This document shows, in pieces, positions 38,866 to 48,466 of a stretch of DNA of 64,000 bases; position 1 is the first letter of the stretch; each line of letters begins with the position of its first letter. The translations under genes were made by a program, and so were the position numbers. Below the pieces are notes generated by a model. That model saw only the letters and a program-made list of their open reading frames with translations. It was not told the DNA's origin and searched no databases. The stretch spans positions 2,368,001 to 2,432,000 of the forward strand of contig CAWBKB010000001.1 of the NCBI GenBank assembly GCA_963789265.1, given 5' to 3'. This DNA comes from an uncultured delta proteobacterium (GTDB lineage: Bacteria > Desulfobacterota > Desulfomonilia > Desulfomonilales > Desulfomonilaceae).

Positions 38866-41514
38866 GTGGATAACGGAAACCTTACCCCAACGAACTCATC
38901 GGCATTGCCCGGAAAAGGGGGGAGCCTACTGATGACAGACAAAGACACGCTTCGGAATCAACTGTCACAACCCCGCGGACTTGACCCGACATTAGAGCCT
39001 GAAACAGTGGAACGAATGTGGGCTGAGACAAAGCTCGCGGTGGAGTTGGCGAAATTCCAAGCTCTTTATGATCTCGCAGTGGCTATGACCGGAGAACGCA
39101 GTCTGGACGAAAATCTCTCGTCGCTCGTGGACAAAGGCAAAGAGTTGCTGGCAGCGGACATGGCATGCATAGCGTTGCGTGACGAGATAACTGGTGACAG
39201 CTATATGCATGCAGTCTCGGGAATGAAAACGGAAGCGTTCAAGAGCATTCGAATACCATTTGGAGCGGGCCTGGGAGGAAAGGTAGCCAAGACGGGCAAA
39301 GGGTATGTCGTAGAAGACTATTTTGAAGAAATCGAGCCTGTCGTTCATGATGCAGTTCACGCCGAAGGCCTGATTTCCGGAATAGCCGTACCTGTACAGA
39401 TAGGTCAGACCAATCTCGGGGTGCTCTACGTCTTCAATCGCAGAATGACGAAGTTTACAAAGTCAGACTTCGACACTCTATCGTTGTTGGGCAATCTTGC
39501 TGCGGTAGAGATTACACGCGGGCGAGTTGAGGCAAAATTACTCAAGTCTCAGGAGGAGCTTGAACTGAGAGTACATGAAAGAACCGCCGAGCTACTGTAC
39601 ACCAACGAAGAGCTGTTGATAGAGATTTCTCAGAGGAAGCGGGTTGAGGAGGCGCTCCGGCAAAGCGAGGAACGATACCGCAGGTTGGTTGAAGAGAGTT
39701 TTGACGGAATATTCATTCACAAGGACGGTAAAATAGAATTTGCCAATTCGCGTTTGCATGAAATGCTGGGTTACGAAGTAGGAGAGCTGGAAGGTGCAAT
39801 TCACCTGGTCATATATCCGCCTGACGAACGGCAACGCATCCACGAGCGGTGTCTCTCTCGAATGAGAGGCGAACCGGTCCCGTTTCAGTACGAGGTGAGA
39901 TTGCAGCGTAACGACGGCTCGATATTTGACACGGAACTCACCGCGCGAATAGTCGGATTCGCTGGTGAATCAGCGGCCCAAGTGTGTCTACGGGACATCA
40001 GTGAACGAAAGCGTGCCGAGCAGGCCCTTAGAGAATCGGAAGAAAAATATCGGTTGGTGGTGGAAAATGCCGGGGATGCCGTTGTAGTGCTTCAAAATGG
40101 GATCTTTAAATTCATAAATCCCAGGGCAATACAAATCGCCGGATACTCGGATGAGGACCTGAAATCGAAGCCATTCTTGGACTTCGTTCATCCCGAAGAT
40201 AAGCAGACGGTCGCGCTGCGCTATGCCGAAAGACTGCAGGGTGCCTACCTCCAGGAAGCTTTTCCCTTCAGGGTGATCACGAAAGATGGGAGGACAATAT
40301 GGGTCGAGGCAAAATCGGTCCTCATAAGTTGGAACGGCACGCCTGCAACCCTGAATTTTCTTAGCGACATCACAACGAAGCGGAGAATCGAAGAGGAATT
40401 GCTAAAAATCGAGAAACTCGGTTCCATCGGCATCATGGCAGGTGGCATAGCACACGATTTCAACAACATTCTTACCGGCATCCTGGGTAACATTTCTATA
40501 GCCAAGATGTATTTGACGGCAAAGGATAAGATTTTCGATCGGTTATCCGATGCGGAAAGAGCTTGCCTCCGAGCGCAGAGCTTAACTCAACAATTGTTAA
40601 CGTTCTCTAAGGGCGGTGCACCGATAAAGAAAGTGTGCAACCTGTCCCTGGTGGCCCGCGAGTCGTGCCGGTTTGCCGTTGGCGGATCCAATGTTCGCTG
40701 CGAGTTTTCATTCCCCCCGGATCTTTGGGCAACTCAGGTGGATGAGGGACAAATCAGTCAGGTCTTCAACAATCTGGGCATCAATGCAGAACAGGCCATG
40801 CCGCACGGAGGAATTATCGACGTGGCCGGGGAAAACAGCGAGATCACTATCGCTGACGGACTCCCCCTTCCAAGCGGCAAATATGTGCAAGTATCCATTC
40901 AAGACAGAGGAATGGGGATTCCCGAACAACATCTGTCAAAGATATTCGATCCTTATTTCACCACCAAACAAAGGGGAAGCGGATTGGGACTCGCCACCTC
41001 CTACTCAATCATAAAGAACCATGAGGGTTTGATAACAGTCGAGTCTGAACTGGGGATAGGAACCACGTTTCATATATTCCTACCGGCCTGCCCTGGAGCC
41101 GTCACACGTGCCGGACCCGATCGTGACAGGCCCGTGCAAGGTGAAGGCAAAATACTACTGATGGATGACGAAGAGACTGTAAGGAGCCTGGCGGCCGAGA
41201 TGTTATCCCTGCTGGGCTATGAAGTTGTCCTGGCAAAAGACGGCCTCGAGGCCGTAGCGCTTTACAAGGCCGCGAAAGAGTCCGACAAACCGTTCTCCGC
41301 GGTCATTATGGATTTGACGGTGGCCGGCGGTATGGGAGGCACGCAGGCCATGGGGCTCCTCCGAGAGTTTGACCCCGATGTGAAGGCAATTGTGTCGAGC
41401 GGCTATTCAAACGATCCGGTTATGGCGGAGTACGAGAATCACGGCTTCAAGGGGGTCATTGTCAAACCATTCGGAGTAGAGGAAGTCAGCGAAGCGTTGA
41501 AGCGGGTGATTTGA
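38866..41514 (+). CDS. GAF-PAS-PAS hybrid histidine kinase
   Basis: GAF (GLGGKVA..GVLYVFNR), two PAS domains, AGGIAHDFNN, GSGLGL, receiver; start uncertain (38866 or 38932). Confidence 0.94.
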   Translation: MDNGNLTPTNSSALPGKGGSLLMTDKDTLRNQLSQPRGLDPTLEPETVERMWAETKLAVELAKFQALYDLAVAMTGERSLDENLSSLVDKGKELLAADMACIALRDEITGDSYMHAVSGMKTEAFKSIRIPFGAGLGGKVAKTGKGYVVEDYFEEIEPVVHDAVHAEGLISGIAVPVQIGQTNLGVLYVFNRRMTKFTKSDFDTLSLLGNLAAVEITRGRVEAKLLKSQEELELRVHERTAELLYTNEELLIEISQRKRVEEALRQSEERYRRLVEESFDGIFIHKDGKIEFANSRLHEMLGYEVGELEGAIHLVIYPPDERQRIHERCLSRMRGEPVPFQYEVRLQRNDGSIFDTELTARIVGFAGESAAQVCLRDISERKRAEQALRESEEKYRLVVENAGDAVVVLQNGIFKFINPRAIQIAGYSDEDLKSKPFLDFVHPEDKQTVALRYAERLQGAYLQEAFPFRVITKDGRTIWVEAKSVLISWNGTPATLNFLSDITTKRRIEEELLKIEKLGSIGIMAGGIAHDFNNILTGILGNISIAKMYLTAKDKIFDRLSDAERACLRAQSLTQQLLTFSKGGAPIKKVCNLSLVARESCRFAVGGSNVRCEFSFPPDLWATQVDEGQISQVFNNLGINAEQAMPHGGIIDVAGENSEITIADGLPLPSGKYVQVSIQDRGMGIPEQHLSKIFDPYFTTKQRGSGLGLATSYSIIKNHEGLITVESELGIGTTFHIFLPACPGAVTRAGPDRDRPVQGEGKILLMDDEETVRSLAAEMLSLLGYEVVLAKDGLEAVALYKAAKESDKPFSAVIMDLTVAGGMGGTQAMGLLREFDPDVKAIVSSGYSNDPVMAEYENHGFKGVIVKPFGVEEVSEALKRVI

Positions 41515-41605
41515 GATGAAAATATGGGGTCATGTGTGAAACGCTTCCGGTCGTCGGGTGTCTAATCGTACTAAAATGAAATTTGAGGCATAAAGGAGGG
41601 GTACC

Positions 41606-41911
41606 ATGCCTACGGATCTGGTTTTTGCCATAGTGATCGCCATCTTGGCCGTCATACTCTTTGGCACTGTCTTGTTCGTTAGGAGGCGGGTCTCAAAAGG
41701 GGCAGAAGCTTCAGGCGGTCCGGGCGGAGTAGCGTTTAAGGATTGTTACGATCTTGGCGCAACGGAAAGCGGCCACTCGTCTGCGACCTTTAACACCGTG
41801 TGCAAACAATCCTGGCGGCAGCGTATAACTAGTGTGGCTGTTCAAGGATTAGGCCCGGCGTCAGGTTCACCGTTCCTTGGGACCTTTGAGGTTCCTGAGC
41901 TACGGGAGTGA
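41606..41911 (+). CDS. Hypothetical single-pass membrane protein
   Basis: AAGGAGG RBS; N-terminal TM followed by RRR; 3' part runs into the island boundary repeat. Confidence 0.55.
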   Translation: MPTDLVFAIVIAILAVILFGTVLFVRRRVSKGAEASGGPGGVAFKDCYDLGATESGHSSATFNTVCKQSWRQRITSVAVQGLGPASGSPFLGTFEVPELRE

Positions 41912-41912
41912 G

Positions 41913-42003
41913 CAAAAACAGGGAAGCGATACTTCTCAACTCCCCTGACGGTGGAGTTTACTATTTTGAGGTCCCCAAGGGGATTTCAAACCCTGCCGCC
42001 GGC
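41913..42003 (-). repeat. Degenerate copy of the tRNA-Glu 3' half plus terminator (att-like site)
   Basis: 41971-42003 matches 49443-49475 at 30 of 33 nt; 41913-41947 matches the terminator 49385-49420. Confidence 0.85.
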
Positions 42004-42040
42004 ATTGCTGATGATAGCACCCTTCACTTCACGCAAAGCT

Positions 42041-42631
42041 CTATTCTTCTTTTTTCACCCCGTGGAATAATTCGCTCCCTGCACCCGGATATACTCTACG
42101 TTCATTCTGTGGGGTGGAGCGTTCTACGGGAGGCCAGATGTTGGGCTGAGGCTCCGCTCCTTCCCGCGTTACGTCTGAGGGTTTCTTATCTCGCATCGCC
42201 GGATTCTTTCTGATCTCGGCTCCCTTGCTACTGTGGCTGAACTCAATGGGGATGTTGTTGGGATCGAATGAGTAGATCGAGTGAATGAACCCGTGGTCTA
42301 CCACTTCAGAAACCCAAAATCCCGCAGCGTCGAGCTTATCCTTGAGTTCCCACAGGTCTTCTTCCGTTTCCACCCCGAAAGAGACATGATCGAACACGAA
42401 CGGCCCTGACACCGGGGCTCCATGATCTTTTTCTGCAATAGGCTCAACCCCGGGCCATTCAAAGAAGGCAAGCAAATCGTTTTCCGAAATCTCAAAGAAG
42501 TAGTGCCGGTATCCGGGACTGCCTAAACCGGCCACGAGCCTCATGCCCAGGAGATCTCTCCAGAACCGGATGGTCTTGTCCATGTCTCCGGTAGCCATAG
42601 CCAGATGATTTACCCCGTTGAATTTTATCAT
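42041..42631 (-). CDS. VOC/glyoxalase family protein
   Basis: GVNHLA..D..FW..LLG, LAFFE, DHVSF, SIYSFDPNNIPIEF. Confidence 0.9.
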   Translation of the reverse strand: MIKFNGVNHLAMATGDMDKTIRFWRDLLGMRLVAGLGSPGYRHYFFEISENDLLAFFEWPGVEPIAEKDHGAPVSGPFVFDHVSFGVETEEDLWELKDKLDAAGFWVSEVVDHGFIHSIYSFDPNNIPIEFSHSSKGAEIRKNPAMRDKKPSDVTREGAEPQPNIWPPVERSTPQNERRVYPGAGSELFHGVKKEE

Positions 42632-42735
42632 GAAACCTCCTCAGTAAAGTCCTTGACGGCTGTGAGTTTCGCGTTGCCCACGCTCCAAGATTCGTGACCT
42701 TCTGATTTAGCCTCGGCCTCCTTCCTCCAAGTGCG

Positions 42736-42801
42736 CCAGCATTGTCTCAGAGTTGCCCGACGAACTGGTCGGTGTCAAGCGGAAGAAGCCCCGTTGCCGC
42801 C
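42736..42801 (-). repeat. Conserved upstream repeat X, copy 1
   Basis: CCAGCATT..CCGACGAACT..CGGTGTCAAGC, also at 44384-44448; contains TTGACA on the minus strand. Confidence 0.7.
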
Positions 42802-42964
42802 TGATTGCGTCCTGGAGTAGGGCGATCGAGGAGAGCCTGCCGGGATCACGCTTCTAACCTGGACCATGCACCGCTGCGTGCTCGTGCTGGCCTCCAGCCT
42901 CAAGAAATCAGTATGGCGCACTCGGAACTGGCCGAAATTCCGCATGAGCAACTCGAGGTCTCGT

Positions 42965-44081
42965 TCACTTGGCTTCAGATGACATGTCTACAATCGTCTG
43001 CTTACTGTCCATCGTGTTAATTTTTTTCACCTGTTTAGCGTTAAGATCAAATTTCCGTAGGTCTATCATCCTGAGGGTCTGATCATTGTAGGTTTTGTAA
43101 TAATAGCGAAGGCTTTGCGGGTCACGGGCTACAGTGAACTGTGTGTAGTCCGAATGAATAATCCCCTTCTCCACTGCTCGCGCGACTCCCAATGGTATGT
43201 CGAAATTGTTGAGGATGTGAAAGACGTGTAGGATGCCCTGGTAGGCATTCGGTGAGGGGATGGCCGCTGCGCTGAAAACTGACGCACGCACAAATCGGGA
43301 AGGCGGCGAAAAGTCACCTGGGAGCCCCAGCATACCGCTCCCTTGCCCCAAAGCCTGCAATTTCAAGCCGTTGATCTCCACCGGCGGCACGTTGCGGGGA
43401 TTAAGGGCAATGTAATTGCGCAGGTTCGTGATGTGCCAGTCAAAAGCAGGCGAGTTTGTCAGGACGCCGATACGATCGTCGTAAACCTTGAGCTTTCCAT
43501 CGACTGGTTCGATTACGATACTCGCTCCAGTGGCATCGTAAACAACATAGTGGAAAGGCGGCGCTTCCGGCCCCCAACCTTCCAGGACAGTCGGAACGAC
43601 GACGCCCTCACCGTTTTGGATGGCGCTCCGCACTTCGCCGACGGTCGCAAACTGCGTCAGTATCCAGTTTGGAAAGTCGACCGGTGACAGAGCTTTGGAG
43701 CGATTGTCCTTCGTGATCTCCGCATACTTGGCGAAAGTCGGAAAATAAAATGCGCCAACCGCCAGACCCTTTTCGTTGATGCCGTCGGAAATTGCTACAT
43801 CCTTAAACGTGATTGCCCCGACGGCAGCATATTTTGACTTGTATTTCATTCCCGGACCGCCCGGCGCTTTGGCGACAAACTCATAGCTTCGCGGAACAAT
43901 TGCGATCATCGTGTCGACAACTATGCCGAACTCTAGCGTGCGGCCATGGACGATGGTACCGTCTGAATTTCGCAGCATTATGCCGGTACAGGCCTGTGCT
44001 AATGGCTGAGGCAAGAGGTACGGACAGTATACCGACTGAAAGAACTACGACCGTGACTAACTTCGCTGCTTTTCCATTCAT
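42965..44081 (-). CDS. Choloylglycine hydrolase / penicillin V acylase family Ntn hydrolase, +1 frameshift near 44004
   Basis: Mature CTGI..GRTLEF, DGINEKGL, TNSP, GLPGDFSPPSRFVRA; signal peptide from ATG 44081 is one base out of frame. Confidence 0.9.
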
Positions 44082-44383
44082 GGCAGACCCCCTTAGATTT
44101 GAATTATCAGGCTCGGTCACGCCCTCTTGGAGTTTTTTCGCAAGGCACACCGGTAACTCCGATGGCTCCTCAGCCCCAAGTTGGTGGCGTCGCGGTTACC
44201 GACAAGCATCCACTGAGGGACAACAGCCCCTGTCATGTAGAACAAATGGATTCTCCAGACCATTTCTGAGGCTACGTCCCAGCAATCACAAAGTCCATCA
44301 TGAATTTGTCCTTGTCCCGGACAAACCATACATCAGTTGTTCCATTTGTCCTACTAGACCTCCTTTTTTTCGGATAGCCCGGC

Positions 44384-44448
44384 CCAGCATTTCTTTAAAG
44401 TGGCCGACGAACTCGGCGGTGTCAAGCCCAAGAAAGTCTGCTGCCCCG
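44384..44448 (-). repeat. Conserved upstream repeat X, copy 2
   Basis: Direct repeat of 42736-42801. Confidence 0.7.
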
Positions 44449-44578
44449 GACCGCCGCCCTCTTCATTCTGTCCATCTATTCTGAGATAATCACCCCATTT
44501 CAGTCGATACAATTTCAAATCCTTCAATCGTCCTAAGGAGCGGACTCAGTTCTTGTGGGGACACTATGCGGTCTCCTC

Positions 44579-44630
44579 TTGACGGACCTCCGCCTATGGC
44601 GTATAGTGACAATTATCCGCCTATGGCGGA
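44579..44630 (+). promoter_or_regulatory. TA promoter with two operator copies
   Basis: TTGACG-17 nt-TATAGT; TCCGCCTATGGCG at 44589-44601 and palindromic TCCGCC-TAT-GGCGGA at 44616-44630. Confidence 0.8.
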
Positions 44631-44652
44631 GTCTAATTTAGAGGTTTGAATA

Positions 44653-44970
44653 ATGGTATTCGTGGAAACAAGCAAGTTTACGAAGCAGATTACAAATTTC
44701 TTGTCGGATGACGAATATGCGGAACTTCAGTCTGCACTGGTGGCAAACCCTGAACTTGGGGATAAGATCGTAGGCACTGGGGGACTCAGGAAATTACGCT
44801 GGGGAAGCATTACAAAAGGCAAGGGTAAAAGCGGCGGCGTCCGGGTCATTTATTACTGGCTCGTCCAAACCGACCAGATCGCAATGATGTATCTGTATGG
44901 TAAGGATGAGCAGGACAATCTCACGAGCGAACAACGAAAACGACTGAAACGGCTGATCGAAACTCTGTAA
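44653..44970 (+). CDS. RelE/HigB-2-like toxin
   Basis: FVET..F..NPELGD.I.GTGGLRKLRW..GKSGGVRVIYY..Y.K. Confidence 0.93.
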   Translation: MVFVETSKFTKQITNFLSDDEYAELQSALVANPELGDKIVGTGGLRKLRWGSITKGKGKSGGVRVIYYWLVQTDQIAMMYLYGKDEQDNLTSEQRKRLKRLIETL

Positions 44971-45031
44971 GAATGTCATGGTGAAAATATAGATTAAAAT
45001 GTCAATATGAAAAGATGTAAAGGTGAATCAT

Positions 45032-45346
45032 ATGAAAAAAGAACTATTTGAAGATCTATTCGAGAGCGTACAGGAGGGCGTGTCTATCCTGAAAGGTGAC
45101 AAAAAGCCTTCCAGGACTTTTGTTGTAGATGTTCCGGATGTGAAAGACATACGGAAAAAACAAAAGCTATCTCAGACTGAATTGGCTTCACTAATCGGGA
45201 TCAGCGTCAAAACCCTCCAGAATTGGGAACAACGGAGACGGGTCCCACGAGGACCTGCTGTGAGGTTACTGCAAATTATTTCGACAGACCTAAATGCCGT
45301 TCGTAAGGCATTGGAGAAGAGGAAAAAGACTAAGAGTGCTGCTTGA
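45032..45346 (+). CDS. HigA/NadS-like HTH antitoxin
   Basis: LFEDLFESVQE..DVKDIRK..LSQ..TLQNWEQ.RR.P.GPA; lies downstream of the toxin. Confidence 0.92.
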   Translation: MKKELFEDLFESVQEGVSILKGDKKPSRTFVVDVPDVKDIRKKQKLSQTELASLIGISVKTLQNWEQRRRVPRGPAVRLLQIISTDLNAVRKALEKRKKTKSAA

Positions 45347-45385
45347 CTGTCCAGCTTGCGTTGGATCGATGAAAATGAGAGGTCG

Positions 45386-45489
45386 GGTCTTGCTTTTTGC
45401 ATCACAGAGGTCGCCGCGCGGGTTCGGCTCCGTTGCTTCACGGTCAGTAGGACTGTTCGAGCGAAAAGGAGGAATCAAAAAACAAGGCC
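45386..45489 (+). repeat. 104-bp direct repeat Y, copy 1
   Basis: Ungapped match to 46963-47066, 14 mismatches by hand count. Confidence 0.9.
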
Positions 45490-45582
45490 TGACCACGTCA
45501 TTTCTAAACAGGGTTGATTACCGTGCCAATCCCGGGCAATCCGCTCAGGCCCGTCAGTACCCGACTTCTTCAAACGCGACCG

Positions 45583-46227
45583 CTATTTGCCACTTGTCTT
45601 GGCCGTGATCTGAAAAAGTGTTGCCAGATGGAGCATGATGAACAGGGGCGCCAGATATGCCGGGATTAGAATCAGAGGCAAATGAGCCATTGGAGCCGTG
45701 GTGACTGCACCGGTGATGCCCGGCGCGAGACCGGAACTTAGCGCCCCAGTCGTGACTGCAACAATGAGGTCCAGTATCCCGAAGAGATTCCACACCACAA
45801 ACAGCGGGCTGACCTTGAAGTCGGGACACTGAATGAGGGCAAGTATGACCCAAGGCGCGGTGATCCCAATGGCCATGTCGCCGAGTCCCGCGGGCCAAGC
45901 AAAGAAACCGGGCAGCACCCCTTGGGCATAGAGAGCCAGAAATCCAAGACCGGCAAACCTCCAAGCTTGCATCCCCGCCATCAGGCGAAGATCCGCGGAC
46001 AACACGAAGCTATGAAAGGATCGCGACAATCTGTACGCCGCGAGAAACACGATGATGGGGGCCGTCACCCCGATAATGATTGGAACGGGAACGCTCCCCG
46101 GCGGTCTGGCAATTGCACCGATCGCCCCAAGGACAAAAACTACGGCTAGCCAAACGATAAGCACTCCTCCCGTGATCGTTTTCGTGATGCGGTCCATGAT
46201 TTCCTCACCCTTTGCTGCTGATCCCAT
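45583..46227 (-). CDS. Hypothetical multi-pass membrane protein (MarR-associated)
   Basis: About 6 TM segments; QAWR..G, FAWPAGLGD, WNLFGILD, PLILIP..P..H. Confidence 0.8.
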   Translation of the reverse strand: MGSAAKGEEIMDRITKTITGGVLIVWLAVVFVLGAIGAIARPPGSVPVPIIIGVTAPIIVFLAAYRLSRSFHSFVLSADLRLMAGMQAWRFAGLGFLALYAQGVLPGFFAWPAGLGDMAIGITAPWVILALIQCPDFKVSPLFVVWNLFGILDLIVAVTTGALSSGLAPGITGAVTTAPMAHLPLILIPAYLAPLFIMLHLATLFQITAKTSGK

Positions 46228-46246
46228 GTTGTGCTCCTCTCGATTA

Positions 46247-46262
46247 AGGTGTAAATACACCT
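46247..46262. promoter_or_regulatory. Probable MarR operator 2
   Basis: AGGTGTAAATACACCT near-palindrome, same core as 46803-46820. Confidence 0.6.
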
Positions 46263-46276
46263 ATATAGACAAATAA

Positions 46277-46756
46277 TTACGTGAGAGCTGTCAGATCGGC
46301 AAATCCTTCCAACAGAGAAGTCCAGCGATCTTCTCCCAATTCTCCGACTACTTCAGCCTGCGCCTTTTGCCAAAGGGGGAAAGCCGCAACTAGTGCGGTG
46401 TGTCCTTGTTCGGTAAGAGACAGCTTTCGAGTGCGAAGGTCGTCACCCGGCTCTACGTCAATCATCCCTTTCTTGTTCAATAAGGAAACATTGCGGCTCA
46501 GGGTTGTTCGATCCATAACAATAGCCTTGCCGAGCCGCTTGATGGTTACCGGTTCGAGAATCCTGATAGCTGTAAGAAGAGTCATTTGGGTTACTCTTAA
46601 GCCGCAGGGCTTTAGCGCGGCATCGTAAATGCTCGTGACTCGCCTGGTGGCTTTCCGGAGATTAAAACAGGTACAGGACTTACTTATGTCTAGAGCGGAA
46701 TTGAGCGGGAGTGTCTCCGGATTTGCTGATACCTCTCGTTTCTTTTCACGGTCCAA
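46277..46756 (-). CDS. MarR family regulator
   Basis: CTCFNLRKATR..YD..GL..TQ..MDRTTLSRN..D.R..LTEQG; TTG start after GGAGA. Confidence 0.93.
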   Translation of the reverse strand: MDREKKREVSANPETLPLNSALDISKSCTCFNLRKATRRVTSIYDAALKPCGLRVTQMTLLTAIRILEPVTIKRLGKAIVMDRTTLSRNVSLLNKKGMIDVEPGDDLRTRKLSLTEQGHTALVAAFPLWQKAQAEVVGELGEDRWTSLLEGFADLTALT

Positions 46757-46802
46757 CTTTCATCTCCGAATGATCTCGGGTGCTGGCGGTTAAGTCATGC
46801 GC

Positions 46803-46833
46803 TAAGTGTAATTACACTTATACGCGTTGTCAA
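46803..46833 (-). promoter_or_regulatory. marR promoter overlapped by an 18-bp palindromic operator
   Basis: TTGACA-17 nt-TACACT; perfect palindrome TAAGTGTAATTACACTTA at 46803-46820. Confidence 0.8.
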
Positions 46834-46962
46834 GAACGAGATGAAGCAGTTCCGAAATCTCCACGTCCTGGGGAATTCAAGCCGCCGACTCTCGAAGAAA
46901 GTTCTCGATTTTCGAATCCAGATTCCGTGCGACAGCGAGGGCATCCTTTACGATATCGGGTA

Positions 46963-47066
46963 GGTCTTGCCTTTTGCATCAGAGAGGTCGCCGCGCGGGT
47001 TCGGCTGCGTTACTTCACAGTCGGCAGGGCGGTACGCGCGAAAAGGAGAAATCAAGAAAGAAGGCC
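46963..47066 (+). repeat. 104-bp direct repeat Y, copy 2
   Basis: Direct repeat of 45386-45489. Confidence 0.9.
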
Positions 47067-47345
47067 CCGTCATTTCCTTGTCCATCAGGGATGATGATCT
47101 TGTCCGGGCGATTGATATGATGCAGTTCGATACGGGCGAGACGGAAATTTGGATGAAGAAATGATGGTCAGGGGGGGAGAGCTCGTCGGGCGGGATTTTT
47201 GGAAGGGGCGAATTCAAGAAAATTGAGCCCTTCATTTTCAACAAGCGACCCTTAATGGAGGATGAATCGTTTGTCTCTGGTCGTGCATCAAATACTCCGG
47301 GAGTGGAACGTTCGGAGATAGGTGCAATTCGGGGAGGACATCAAG

Positions 47346-48047
47346 ATGAAAAACTTAAGTAAAGTAGGTATTGGCGCAATCCCCCTTGTATTACTTCTAT
47401 TTATGATTTCAGGAGTTGCTAGAAGTGAGGAAGCACCTGCGATTCCAGCAGGTGCTAAGGCTTCCGTGGCCAAGGTTTCGGCAAATAGGAACTGTCTATT
47501 AGTACGTAGCCAGGCTGGTGAGTCTTCAAGAGTGGTCGGCTGTCTTCAGCGATGTAGGAAAGCAACCCTGACAGGTAATTCAAATGGCACATGGGTACAG
47601 ATATCTGCCCCCATATCTGGCTGGGTCAATGGGTTGTTCTTAGATCCTAATCCAAGAATATGTAATTTAGGGTCATATGCCGGGGTAGCTCCATATGATG
47701 GCCCAGATCCCAGCCTGTATCCAGAGGACTATTTTGACTGGTGGAGTTCTCCTGGATGTGCTTGGTACTGGCGTTGGTGGTGGCATTACAGACACAATCG
47801 ATACCATTTCTTCGCCCATCATCATCCTGGGAAACATCACGGTCACTACAAATCTGCCCATGCTGGGCACCATCCGGCTTACCATGCTGTACGCCATTTT
47901 GAAAAACCTCACCATGGTGGAAAACACGGTGGAAACAAATTCGCTAGACCTCAGCATAGTGCAAAGAGATTCGATGGGCATCACCGTCGAGGTGGATTCC
48001 ATAGAGCCGCTGGCCATGGTGGAAGACATGGTGAAAGACACCGATGA
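47346..48047 (+). CDS. Exported protein with SH3b-like domain and Trp-rich then His/Gly/Arg-rich tail
   Basis: GGAGG RBS, signal peptide, LLVRS..VVG.L..GTWVQI..GWV..FL, WYWRWWWHY, His-rich C-terminus. Confidence 0.75.
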   Translation: MKNLSKVGIGAIPLVLLLFMISGVARSEEAPAIPAGAKASVAKVSANRNCLLVRSQAGESSRVVGCLQRCRKATLTGNSNGTWVQISAPISGWVNGLFLDPNPRICNLGSYAGVAPYDGPDPSLYPEDYFDWWSSPGCAWYWRWWWHYRHNRYHFFAHHHPGKHHGHYKSAHAGHHPAYHAVRHFEKPHHGGKHGGNKFARPQHSAKRFDGHHRRGGFHRAAGHGGRHGERHR

Positions 48048-48340
48048 GCTAGTTTAATCAACCGAATCTGATGAGATAGCATCTTCTGGGATTAAACGCC
48101 GTTTCAGGTTGGTCCTGGAAGGCCTACGACAGAGAAGAAGCAGAGTGTGTTCACCACAATCTGCCGAGGGATATGTGATGGATGTGTTACATAACGATAA
48201 TGCTTACTGATGCACAGCCATTGAGAGAGTGCAATGATGAAGAGAAATCTTTCGATAACTTTGCTCCTGGTTTTGATCGTTAGCTTGGCCGCGGTCACAT
48301 TCGTACGGGCGGATGCCAAGACCGAGCAGGAGGTCAAGCT

Positions 48341-48440
48341 CGCGTAGCGACTGTGTTGATTGTCAAGCAAAAACTTCTCGACAAGGTTGTCGGTCCCTGA
48401 GGACGGCATTTGCAATGACAAGCAACACAGTCGCTACGCG
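48341..48440. repeat. 100-bp inverted repeat element
   Basis: Perfect 18-bp arms CGCGTAGCGACTGTGTTG / CAACACAGTCGCTACGCG, extending imperfectly. Confidence 0.8.
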
Positions 48441-48466
48441 GGCAGCGATGCGGACGACGCGCCACC

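Noticed and set aside
41971..42003. Second tRNA-Glu gene
   Set aside because: Only the 3' half is present, with T-loop mismatches and no CCA
45386..45489. Group II intron domain V, integron attC or known riboswitch
   Set aside because: Lacks the domain V consensus, RYYYAAC/GTTRRRY boxes and any aptamer core I recognise; no intI or RT nearby
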